Shown one piece after another: positions 1 through 9,438 of a DNA stretch of 32,000 nt. Every line of letters starts with the position of its first letter. Position 1 is the stretch's first letter. The translations under genes were made by a program, and so were the position numbers. This DNA is from Prochlorococcus sp. MIT 0801 (GTDB lineage: Bacteria; Cyanobacteriota; Cyanobacteriia; PCC-6307; Cyanobiaceae), in contig NZ_CP007754.1 of NCBI RefSeq assembly GCF_000757865.1, positions 540,001-572,000 on the forward strand, given 5' to 3'. Under the pieces are notes generated by a model. That model saw only the letters and a list, made by a program, of their open reading frames with translations. It ran no database searches and had not been told where the DNA came from.

Positions 1-978
<978 letters not shown>

Positions 979-1004
979 TCAAAGAAATGAATTAAAGATT
1001 ATCT

Positions 1005-1439
1005 TTAACTATCTCTAACTGCCAATTTCTCTGCTTTAGATAGTTCTTTGTTTAACCTCTCTTTGAGATTTTCAGGAACTGGTCTGTTTGCAAAAGTCTT
1101 GTAATGACCCGATAAAGCATTTAATGCAGTCTGCATTGTTGTAAAGGTTGTGGAAGTGTTTACTTGTGATCGATTCCTATATCTTGAAATATAATCACTT
1201 ATGAGAAAAACAGCTTCTTTTTCTGCTTCAGATAGTCCTTTGTCTTCTTTAGGTAAAGTTATGGTCTCTTTTAAAGTTGATGAGACTGCAATAGTGTCTT
1301 TTGCAAAATCTCCAGTCATTAATGTTTTGGCTGCATTCACTCCTGAAGCGAATTGAAAGAATATGAGGCAGAAGCCAAGGCATATAGCCAAAGCTGCCCT
1401 CACCAACCTGATGGAGAGGTGATGAAAGGCAGAAATCAT
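1005..1439 (-). CDS. psb27: photosystem II assembly/repair protein Psb27
   Basis: Track ORF 1005..1484. The product contains TGDFAKDTIAVSSTLKETI, ISDYISRYRNR and FTTMQTALNALSGHYKTFANRPVPENLKERL, matching the Psb27 family. The first ATG (MISAFHH, at 1439) precedes a hydrophobic signal-like segment. The 1484 start is a TTG abutting the proS stop and is probably a track extension. Confidence 0.85.
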   Translation of the reverse strand: MISAFHHLSIRLVRAALAICLGFCLIFFQFASGVNAAKTLMTGDFAKDTIAVSSTLKETITLPKEDKGLSEAEKEAVFLISDYISRYRNRSQVNTSTTFTTMQTALNALSGHYKTFANRPVPENLKERLNKELSKAEKLAVRDS

Positions 1440-1485
1440 TTGTTTTTTGCAGTTACACAAGACTCTAGAGTCCTTTGGGCTCAAT

Positions 1486-3276
1486 TTATAGTTTTTCAGT
1501 TTTAAATTCTTCAGAAAGTTTTTTGAAAACGGATTTCAGATCTAACAACTCTGTAGTTTTTGTTTTTCTATTATGTAATTCAACCAGTCCAGAAACAGCT
1601 TCTCGCCCGACAACAATTCTCCAAGGGATTCCAATAAGGTCTGCATCTTTAAACTTTATCCCAGCCCTCTCATTCCTATCGTCAATAAGAGCATCAACTC
1701 GATTTTTAATTAATTTCTGATAGAAATCCTCAGCCAAACGCGTTTGATCATTGTTTTTTATATTGGCAATGATAATTATTACGTCAAAAGGGGCAATTGA
1801 TGCCGGCCAGATAATACCTAAATCATCATGATTTTGTTCTACTGCTGCTTGAGCTAATCTGGAAATACCAATTCCATAGCACCCCATCCAAAAGGGGTCT
1901 TCAGTACCTTTTTCGTTGGTAAAAGTAGCATTTAATGACTCTGAATACTTAGTTCCTAATTGAAAGATATGTCCTATTTCTATACCTTTGCATTCTTGAA
2001 GCTTTTGTGTTTTATCATGAATGCACCTGTCTCCAGGCTTAGCTTTTCTAATATCACATATCAGTTGCTCGGTATTAATTAAATTCCAATTATAAAATAT
2101 TTTATGCTCATCCTTGATATTGTTTCCACATATAAAACTTTTAAGATCTTTTACAGAATTGTCAGCAATTCTTATGAATTTCTTTTCCCATACTTTTGCT
2201 TCTGAAAGTAAATTATCGCTAAGATCTGGACCTATAAAACCAAATGGAATATTAGTAATACCTTGCTTTTGTATATCTTCATTAGTAATAATTCTAATAT
2301 CAAGTACATTTTGCTTTAATTTTTGAGATATTTTATTTGAAAGTTTAATATCATTTATTTCTTGATCCCCCCGAATACTCGCTAGGACTGGGTATTTTTT
2401 ATTGTCATCACAAACTGCTAGATAAGTTAATACTTTAACAATTTGACTTGGGTGGAAATTATTTTTGTTACATAATTGATCTATGGTTTTTTGATTAGGA
2501 GTCTCAATTATCGAAGGTTTATTAGGCTCTAATAATTCTCCTTCTTCAAAAATGGAAACAGCTTTTTCTTGATTAGCACCATATTTACCATCAGAACTTA
2601 TTAAAATTAAGTCCTCTCCAGAATCGGCTGTTACCATGAATTCTTGTGATGCAGCACCTCCAATAGCTCCACTATCGGCGTCGACACAAACAAAATCCAG
2701 ACCACATTTTTTAAATATATTTTGATAGGCATCTCTCATCTCTGAATAAGTTGATTGAAGATCCTTCTCATTTTCATGAAAGGAATAAGCATCCTTCATG
2801 ATGAATTCTCTACTTCTCATTAATCCAAATCTTGGCCTTATTTCATCTCTAAATTTTGTTTGAATTTGGAATATATTTATAGGTAATTGTTTGTAGGAGT
2901 GAATAGTTTGAGAAATTATTTGCGTAATTACTTCTTCATGAGTTGGTCCCAGTCCTAATTCTTTACCTTGTCTATCTTTAAGGCTAAACATAATACCTTC
3001 TCCTTGTGTATATGATTTCCACCTCCCACTTTTTTCCCAAATTTCTGAAGGCTGAAGTTGAGGCAGAAGAGTTTGCAAACAACCTTTATTTGATAACTCT
3101 TCTTCAACAATTAGGGTTATTTTTTTTAGAACTTTCCAAAGCAACGGCATGTAAGCATATATACCTCCGGTTAGGCGTTTGATAAAACCACCTCTTACCA
3201 GTAATTGATGTGAAATTATATCGGCTTCTGCAGGGACGTCTCTGAGAGTGATCAGCATTAAGCGGGAGACACGCAT
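1486..3276 (-). CDS. proS: prolyl-tRNA synthetase (bacterial type with editing insertion)
   Basis: 596-aa ORF with class II aaRS motifs visible (FRDEIRPRFGLMRSREFIMKDAYSF, GCYGIGISRL). The N-terminus MRVSRLMLITLRDVPAEADIISHQLLVRGGFI is typical of ProRS. Confidence 0.95.
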   Translation of the reverse strand: MRVSRLMLITLRDVPAEADIISHQLLVRGGFIKRLTGGIYAYMPLLWKVLKKITLIVEEELSNKGCLQTLLPQLQPSEIWEKSGRWKSYTQGEGIMFSLKDRQGKELGLGPTHEEVITQIISQTIHSYKQLPINIFQIQTKFRDEIRPRFGLMRSREFIMKDAYSFHENEKDLQSTYSEMRDAYQNIFKKCGLDFVCVDADSGAIGGAASQEFMVTADSGEDLILISSDGKYGANQEKAVSIFEEGELLEPNKPSIIETPNQKTIDQLCNKNNFHPSQIVKVLTYLAVCDDNKKYPVLASIRGDQEINDIKLSNKISQKLKQNVLDIRIITNEDIQKQGITNIPFGFIGPDLSDNLLSEAKVWEKKFIRIADNSVKDLKSFICGNNIKDEHKIFYNWNLINTEQLICDIRKAKPGDRCIHDKTQKLQECKGIEIGHIFQLGTKYSESLNATFTNEKGTEDPFWMGCYGIGISRLAQAAVEQNHDDLGIIWPASIAPFDVIIIIANIKNNDQTRLAEDFYQKLIKNRVDALIDDRNERAGIKFKDADLIGIPWRIVVGREAVSGLVELHNRKTKTTELLDLKSVFKKLSEEFKTEKL

Positions 3277-3449
3277 AAGCCTAAAATTTAAATCTTTATG
3301 AGATTAGTCCTTTGAGTGTTGGCCGTAAGAATATATATATTGTTTGTGCGGGAATCAGGTTGTTTATTAAAGTGTCCAATTGTACATGGTATTAATTTGA
3401 TTCTTCTGCTAATTTCTTTCACATGTTTTTCTAGAAGCTTTCTTTAGCA

Positions 3450-3911
3450 ATGTTTAACGGGTCAGTAAATTCAGGAACAAATGGAAGATCAGAAGAGTTT
3501 TTAGATAAAGGATTGAATACGGCTTCTAAATCAGTTGATTCATTGATGACTATTGACGAAGTTCAGAAAACATTAAATAGATCCAGAGCTTCCGTATACA
3601 GGTATACAAATACTGACACTAGAAATCTTAATCCTCCATTCAATCCAAGAAAACTAAATACTGAATTTAGAAGTGATCAAAAAGATCTGTTACTTTTTCA
3701 TCCCAATGAAGTTGCAAGATTTGCAAAAGATATACTCAGAATCAAAGAGGTAACTGTAGAAATATTTAATTCTCCATCATCTGAAACACAAAATATTCTA
3801 AAGGCAATACTTGATGAGTTGGTAATTATAAGGAATAAACTTGATGTACAATCTGATAAGAATCAATCTATTCCTAATCATTTACAAGATCCTGATAAAA
3901 AGGCTGCTTAG
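3450..3911 (+). CDS. hypothetical DNA-binding protein with excisionase/MerR-like helix-turn-helix
   Basis: 153-aa ORF. The segment MTIDEVQKTLNRSRASVYRYTNTD fits the excisionase-family HTH pattern (short helix, then sRstvYR). The true start may be the internal ATG at 3546. Confidence 0.6.
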   Translation: MFNGSVNSGTNGRSEEFLDKGLNTASKSVDSLMTIDEVQKTLNRSRASVYRYTNTDTRNLNPPFNPRKLNTEFRSDQKDLLLFHPNEVARFAKDILRIKEVTVEIFNSPSSETQNILKAILDELVIIRNKLDVQSDKNQSIPNHLQDPDKKAA

Positions 3912-4014
3912 TTATTCTTAAATGTGGGATAATATTTACATACTTTCAAATGAATTAAGACTTTTAATTGATTTTCTCACATTTTACTAACGGTTTATTT
4001 ATTCCAAACCTTAC

Positions 4015-4263
4015 ATGGATTTAGAACCACATTTAATTAATAAGCAATCACCTGAGATTGACCCTCCTTTGCTTAATAAAGAAAAAGATCAACTATCTTC
4101 CGATGATGAAGATCCTTATAGTTTTAATAGTACCTCAACTTCTTTAATTGGTTTGGCAATAGTATTTGTAATGCTTGGAATACCATTATTAGCTGTTATT
4201 AGTGAAAGGTCAGAGACAACAAAAAGCTTACCGACTTCAATAAATCAAAATGGACCTGAGTGA
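4015..4263 (+). CDS. small hypothetical membrane protein (single TM)
   Basis: 82-aa ORF with an acidic N-terminus and one hydrophobic span, LIGLAIVFVMLGIPLLAVI. Its 3' end overlaps the ppa start by 14 nt. No recognisable family. Confidence 0.45.
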   Translation: MDLEPHLINKQSPEIDPPLLNKEKDQLSSDDEDPYSFNSTSTSLIGLAIVFVMLGIPLLAVISERSETTKSLPTSINQNGPE

Positions 4264-4777
4264 TCTTCCTCCTTCACCATCGCCCGGATTAGTAAATCTA
4301 GTTGTAGAGATTCCTGCTGGCAGCAGAAATAAATACGAATATTTTAGCTCTGCAGGAATTATGGCTCTGGATAGAGTTTTGCATTCTTCAGTGAGATATC
4401 CATTTGATTATGGATTTATTCCAAATACTCTTGCTGAGGATGGAGCGCCGCTTGATGCAATGGTCGTGATGGAAGAACCTACTTTTGCAGGTTGCTTAAT
4501 TCAGGCAAGACCAATAGGAGTTCTTGATATGCATGATTCTGGTGCCTATGATGGCAAACTCTTATGTGTACCTACTGCAGATCCAAGACAAAGAGACATT
4601 AATACTATTAAGCAAATAGCTCAGAACCAATTGGAGGATGTGGCTGAGTTTTTTAGAACCTATAAAAGCTTGGAAGGGAGGGTGATCGTAATAGACGGAT
4701 GGAGAGACTACGATGCTGTTGATGAATTATTAAAAAGCTGTATAGAAGCACATCATTTGGACGTAACACAAAAATAA
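4250..4777 (+). CDS. ppa: inorganic pyrophosphatase (family I)
   Basis: 175 aa. VVEIPAGSRNKYEY and YPFDYGFIPNTLAEDGAPLDAMV are family I PPase signatures. Confidence 0.93.
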   Translation: MDLSDLPPSPSPGLVNLVVEIPAGSRNKYEYFSSAGIMALDRVLHSSVRYPFDYGFIPNTLAEDGAPLDAMVVMEEPTFAGCLIQARPIGVLDMHDSGAYDGKLLCVPTADPRQRDINTIKQIAQNQLEDVAEFFRTYKSLEGRVIVIDGWRDYDAVDELLKSCIEAHHLDVTQK

Positions 4778-4830
4778 TTTTTTCAATTTCACTTTTTTGG
4801 GTAAACTTATCTTTTTTATGAGTTGAAAAC

Positions 4831-5202
4831 TTGAAATTATTTAGTTATTCCTCATGCTCAACTTGTCGCAGAGCGATTAAGTGGCTTAAAAACAATGATA
4901 TTACTTTTGAATTAATTGATCTTTTAAAATCCCCCCCGTCTAAGGAGATGCTTATCTCAGCTAGTAAGTTATATGGGGATAGAAAATATCTTTTAAATAC
5001 TAGTGGGGTTGTATATCGTTCTATTGGTTCGGATGCTGTAAAAAAAATGAGTGATAACGAATTGTTTGAGCAACTTTTTATGGAACCCAGATTAATAAAG
5101 AGACCTTTTTTATATAAATCTAGTAAATGCTTTTTAGTTGGATTTAAAGAAGAAAAGTGGGCTGAGAAATTACTTGGAAATTCACATGATCAATATCATT
5201 GA
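4831..5202 (+). CDS. ArsC/Spx-family thioredoxin-fold protein (YffB-like)
   Basis: 123 aa. The N-terminal KLFSYSSCSTCRRAIKWL (CxxC after beta-1) and the C-terminal IKRPFL are typical of the ArsC family. An in-frame stop at 4819-4821 leaves TTG at 4831 as the only start. Confidence 0.85.
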   Translation: MKLFSYSSCSTCRRAIKWLKNNDITFELIDLLKSPPSKEMLISASKLYGDRKYLLNTSGVVYRSIGSDAVKKMSDNELFEQLFMEPRLIKRPFLYKSSKCFLVGFKEEKWAEKLLGNSHDQYH

Positions 5203-5260
5203 CTAAATATGAGTAGCCTTTACAAATACAGTAAACTATATATTTATTATAGATAAACAA

Positions 5261-5953
5261 GTGAAGCAAAATCATTCAGACTCGAGTAAAGAAAATAAAA
5301 ATTGTTGGTGGTATTCTTTCTGTGATACTTGGGGACCTATTTCTCTAACAATTCTCGTTTATATAGGCATTCGTCATTTTATAGCAGAAGCTAGATATAT
5401 ACCCTCGGGGTCAATGCTGCCAGGATTGAAAGTAAATGATCGACTAATTGTTGAAAAATTTTCTTTGCGCAAAAGGACACCTTTGCGTGGGGAAATTGTA
5501 GTTTTCAACTCGCCATATTCCTTTGATCAGAAATTGATAGCTGATAGGACAAAACCACTTCCGTCTAAATTTCAATGTTCATTAATAACTTTTCCATTAA
5601 TTTCTTGGATACCTACTCTATCTGATCGTGCATGTGATGCTTATATCAAACGAATAGTAGCTGTGGGAGGAGATCGTCTTTTGATTAATGGTAAGGGAGA
5701 GATTGTTTTGAACGGTAGATCAATCAATGAAACATATGTTATGAATTTCTGCTCAAGTAATCCTAAATTTAATCTATGTCCTCCGATGACTTCAACTGTT
5801 CCAAAAGGACATGTATTCGTTTTGGGGGATAACCGTGCTAATAGTTGGGATAGTCGCTTTTGGCCAGGAGGGGGGTTCTTACCCCATAAAGAAATAATTG
5901 GCAAAGCAAGCTGGCGCTTTTGGCCTATTAATCGTTTTGGTAAGCTTAATTAA
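5261..5953 (+). CDS. lepB: signal peptidase I
   Basis: 230 aa with an N-terminal TM segment, the catalytic Ser box IPSGSMLP, the Lys box YIKRIVAVGGD, and GDNRANSWDSRFW. There is no in-frame ATG before the Ser box, so the start is GTG at 5261. Confidence 0.9.
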   Translation: MKQNHSDSSKENKNCWWYSFCDTWGPISLTILVYIGIRHFIAEARYIPSGSMLPGLKVNDRLIVEKFSLRKRTPLRGEIVVFNSPYSFDQKLIADRTKPLPSKFQCSLITFPLISWIPTLSDRACDAYIKRIVAVGGDRLLINGKGEIVLNGRSINETYVMNFCSSNPKFNLCPPMTSTVPKGHVFVLGDNRANSWDSRFWPGGGFLPHKEIIGKASWRFWPINRFGKLN

Positions 5954-6096
5954 TTAGCCTAGAATTAATAACTGTCCCAACTATTTTTTTTGTCTTTGAT
6001 CACACCCTTTTGATTAAAACAGTTTCCCTCTTTATCTATTATCCTGCCTTTTCAAGTATTTGGAAATCTTCATAAAAAAAACTATTAGTCATTAAA

Positions 6097-7425
6097 TCAA
6101 AGAGCTCCAGCAGCTGTTGAGTCGATAATTCCTCCCAAATGTGAAGTGATATTTAGACATGTGATTTGATCTGGTTGACCTTCTTTGTCTGAGAGATCAA
6201 TGACTGTTACGCCTCCATTACCTTGTTTTATCATCCAAATGTTTGATGGCATTAACCCTAATAGATGGCAAAGAATGGTTTTGTTAACTGCATCATGAGC
6301 GACAACCAATGCGGTTTCATCGTTATTAAGACCTTGGCAAATTTCATTCCAACCAGTAATAGATCTCTTGGAGACTTCATTTATATTTTCTCCTTCTGGC
6401 ATTTGAACTTTTTCAGGTGAAATCTTCCATTTTTGCAGAAGATCTGGCCAGTCGGTCTTTATCTCAGACTCCAACTTCCCTTCCCATTTTCCGTGACCAA
6501 TCTCTATTAGGTTATCTTTGAGAGAAATTTTGATCCCTGGATGTTCTTTTAGAATTATTTGAGCTGTTTCTTTTGGCCTTGATAGAGAGCTACTGAAAGC
6601 TTTTTTTATGATATTAGTTTTTAAAAATTCACTTGCGGCCTTTGCTTGGGATTTACCATTTTTATTTAAGGGAATATCAATTTGTCCTTGGAACCTTCCT
6701 TGTTTATTCCAGTCTGTTTCACCATGCCTAACTAAAATAATTCTTTTTTTACTCCTTTTTTTTGGAATTGTAGGATGTAAATGAGCGATATTATTGAGAC
6801 ATTGGATTTGAACTTGTCTATCTTTCCAATCATTAAAATTAATATTACAAATTGAGATTGAGGTGTTATCTAACTTCAATCTTCTAAACCCTTTTGATGG
6901 CTCATTAATTAATTTCAGTATCAAGCATCTAAGAATTGCATTATGGGCAACTATCAAAATGGTTTTATTAGACCCTGAATGAGTATCAAATAAAGATTTT
7001 AAGAAATTTTCAGCTTGATATAATAGTTCTTTAATTGGTTGAAAGTTTGAACCGTCGTCTCTATTAATGGTTAGTTCCTTTGGCTCTTTTTGCCAAATAG
7101 CAAGCTCTTTTGGAAACTGATCTTTTATTTCATCTTTTGTTAAACCACTCCAAGGCCCAAGGTCAACCTCTAGGAGTTCATCTGTATAAGTTGCTTGAAG
7201 CTTGCTTTGATGCTGTTTGATAATGATTCTTGTGGTTTCTGATGCTCTTTGTAAAGGGGAGCTATAAATTGCATCTATTGGAATAGAAGAGATTGTTTTT
7301 CCGGCCGCTTCAGCTTGCAATTGCCCTTCTCTAGTCAATGTTGAAAGGTCGTTTCTTCCTTGAATACGACCTTCCTTGTTAAAACTGCTCAATCCATGAC
7401 GGACAAAAATTAGACGCAATGTCAT
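6097..7425 (-). CDS. tandem two-domain histidine phosphatase (phosphoglycerate mutase family)
   Basis: 442 aa with two complete copies of the fold: FVRHGLSSFN...VAHNAILR and LVRHGETDWN...VAHDAVNK. RHG and the second catalytic His are present in both halves. Confidence 0.85.
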   Translation of the reverse strand: MTLRLIFVRHGLSSFNKEGRIQGRNDLSTLTREGQLQAEAAGKTISSIPIDAIYSSPLQRASETTRIIIKQHQSKLQATYTDELLEVDLGPWSGLTKDEIKDQFPKELAIWQKEPKELTINRDDGSNFQPIKELLYQAENFLKSLFDTHSGSNKTILIVAHNAILRCLILKLINEPSKGFRRLKLDNTSISICNINFNDWKDRQVQIQCLNNIAHLHPTIPKKRSKKRIILVRHGETDWNKQGRFQGQIDIPLNKNGKSQAKAASEFLKTNIIKKAFSSSLSRPKETAQIILKEHPGIKISLKDNLIEIGHGKWEGKLESEIKTDWPDLLQKWKISPEKVQMPEGENINEVSKRSITGWNEICQGLNNDETALVVAHDAVNKTILCHLLGLMPSNIWMIKQGNGGVTVIDLSDKEGQPDQITCLNITSHLGGIIDSTAAGAL

Positions 7426-7534
7426 TAAATAAAGTGTCTTCTAGATATTTATGGTATTAGCCATGAGGGCAATCTAATGTTCTTTTAGTAAAGATAGAAG
7501 TCTTTCTCCATGTCAGTCTTCACAAGTTGATTTT

Positions 7535-8881
7535 ATGAGACAAGCCAAAACTGGTTGGAAATGGGCGATAGCTCTATTTTCATTGCTTTTAACTGTACTG
7601 ATTTGGCAACAAGGTTTGCAAGAAAGCTTTGAGCGACCCTCAGTAGCTCCAAAGATTTCTTTGATGCAAACTGAGATGGCAGTGTCAGCTTCTTCATCTT
7701 TACCTGAAACAATACAAGAAGTATTTTTAGGTTCAGAACCTCAAAAAAAACTTTATCAAGCTCTCAGTAACATACCTTTGGAACAAATTGAGGATAGAGA
7801 AAGATTGTTATTAGCAATTTTGGAAGAGTCTGAGAATGAGCAAAAATTTATCTTGAAGAAAGGTTTTAATGATAAGAATTTTGAAACAGTTAAAGGCTAT
7901 ATATTGGATAGACAAAAAGGTAAAGAACTAGATACATTCCCTGATGTTGATGAGATTGAATTAGACCCTTTACTTTATCAAATTTCATGTTCCACTTTGG
8001 GATTTACGGATGAAAAATGTATTAATCAAGAATATAATTCCCGCACAGCTATAAGGCTTTTAACTTCACAATTATTTCCATTTTTTGCTTCTGTTATAGG
8101 GAGTATATTATTGATTAGGTATGCTTTAATTTTCTTAAGGAAGAAAAATAATCCATGGCCAGAAATGATATCTCCTCCCTTATCACTAATAGATATGGTT
8201 CTACTGATCTCTGGTGGTTTCGTTGTTATTGGTGAAGTTGTTTTCCCCGCACTAATTATACCAATAACAGATTTATTGTTTAATAATTTATCCTCTCCAT
8301 TAAAACAGTCTCTAAGAGTATTTATTGGTTACTGTTCAATGACTATAGCTCCTTTATTTATAATTAGATATCAATTAATGGGTCTAGTTTCTGCGGGGAT
8401 TGATGGAGGTTGGCTTCAATGGAAAATCAGACCAATAAAAGAAGGACTTTTTAAATCAATAATTGGATGGTTAATGATTATGCCTTTAGTACTGCTTATT
8501 GGTTGGCTAATGAATGAGATTATCGGTGACCAAGGTGGAAGTAATCCTTTGTTGGAATTGGTTTTAGGTAGTGATGAATTTATTCCATTGTTTTTGCTTT
8601 TGATTACAACTGTTTTTTTGGCTCCAGTTTTTGAGGAGTTGGTTTTTAGGGGTATTCTTTTGCCTGTATTGGTATCCAAAGTTGGCAAAGCTAGCGGAGT
8701 TTTATTAAGTGCCTTGATCTTTGCTTTAGCTCATTTAAGCGTAGGGGAATTACCTCCTCTATTTGTTTTAGGAATTGGTCTTGGTTTGATGAGATTGAGC
8801 TCAGGAAGGTTATTCCCTTGTGCTCTTATGCATTCTCTATGGAATGGAGTCACTTTTATTAGTCTACTATTAGTAGCTTGA
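7535..8881 (+). CDS. CPBP/CAAX-family intramembrane metalloprotease
   Basis: 448 aa, polytopic. The C-terminal motifs EELVFRG, FALAHL and HSLWN are the three CPBP (Abi) family motifs. Confidence 0.85.
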   Translation: MRQAKTGWKWAIALFSLLLTVLIWQQGLQESFERPSVAPKISLMQTEMAVSASSSLPETIQEVFLGSEPQKKLYQALSNIPLEQIEDRERLLLAILEESENEQKFILKKGFNDKNFETVKGYILDRQKGKELDTFPDVDEIELDPLLYQISCSTLGFTDEKCINQEYNSRTAIRLLTSQLFPFFASVIGSILLIRYALIFLRKKNNPWPEMISPPLSLIDMVLLISGGFVVIGEVVFPALIIPITDLLFNNLSSPLKQSLRVFIGYCSMTIAPLFIIRYQLMGLVSAGIDGGWLQWKIRPIKEGLFKSIIGWLMIMPLVLLIGWLMNEIIGDQGGSNPLLELVLGSDEFIPLFLLLITTVFLAPVFEELVFRGILLPVLVSKVGKASGVLLSALIFALAHLSVGELPPLFVLGIGLGLMRLSSGRLFPCALMHSLWNGVTFISLLLVA

Positions 8882-8965
8882 GATTAAATAAAAAAAATAT
8901 CAGTATTCCAGCTCTTGCAGTTGCTTGACCAAGGTGTTTGACTTGAATTACTCTCGAATTTTGAT

Positions 8966-9430
8966 TTGATTAGTCGTACTCTATATAAACAAAAAGGAGA
9001 ACAATTTCTAACAAAGAAGTTGTCAAAGCAATTGTTAAACAGTGTATTCTCCTCAAAACAGGTTCAAAGAAAATTTCCAATTCAAGCTGCTTTTCATATC
9101 GCTTTGGATGGTGCATTGGTAGGCATACTTATAACAGTGGCGATAATGTCATCCGTAGCTCTTCATTCTCAATATTTGTGGACTAAGTCTTTTACTAAAC
9201 TTGAAACCACTAGAGACTTGAACCGAAGGATATTGGAATCAACATCAATCCTTGAAAGTTATCTATTGAAAAATCAAAAGTTATCTAGAAATTTAGTTCC
9301 TACCAAAGCGGAAGATCTTATTTACGTAGACAGACCAAAACCAGAAGAAACTAAAAAATTATTCGATGTGACATTTAAAAGTAGATTTCTAGAGAAAATA
9401 TCTTCTTTTCCCATTAAATCAGGCTATTAA
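8966..9430 (+). CDS. hypothetical bitopic membrane protein immediately upstream of ftsI (FtsL-like candidate)
   Basis: 154-aa ORF ending 8 nt before ftsI, with one TM span (ALDGALVGILITVAIMSSVAL) followed by a heptad-like Leu/Ile region. There is no in-frame ATG before the TM, so the start (TTG 8966 or a later TTG) is uncertain. Confidence 0.5.
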   Translation: MISRTLYKQKGEQFLTKKLSKQLLNSVFSSKQVQRKFPIQAAFHIALDGALVGILITVAIMSSVALHSQYLWTKSFTKLETTRDLNRRILESTSILESYLLKNQKLSRNLVPTKAEDLIYVDRPKPEETKKLFDVTFKSRFLEKISSFPIKSGY

Positions 9431-9438
9431 TAATTCCC

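Noticed and set aside
3373-3386. TGTCCAATTGTACA palindrome-like site in the proS/HTH divergent spacer, considered as an NtcA or CRP-family box
   Set aside because: The spacing is GT-N8-AC, not the GTA-N8-TAC (GT-N10-AC) of NtcA sites, and the half-sites are only 3-4 bp. The adjacent (AT)5 run at 3331-3340 is trivial in AT-rich DNA.
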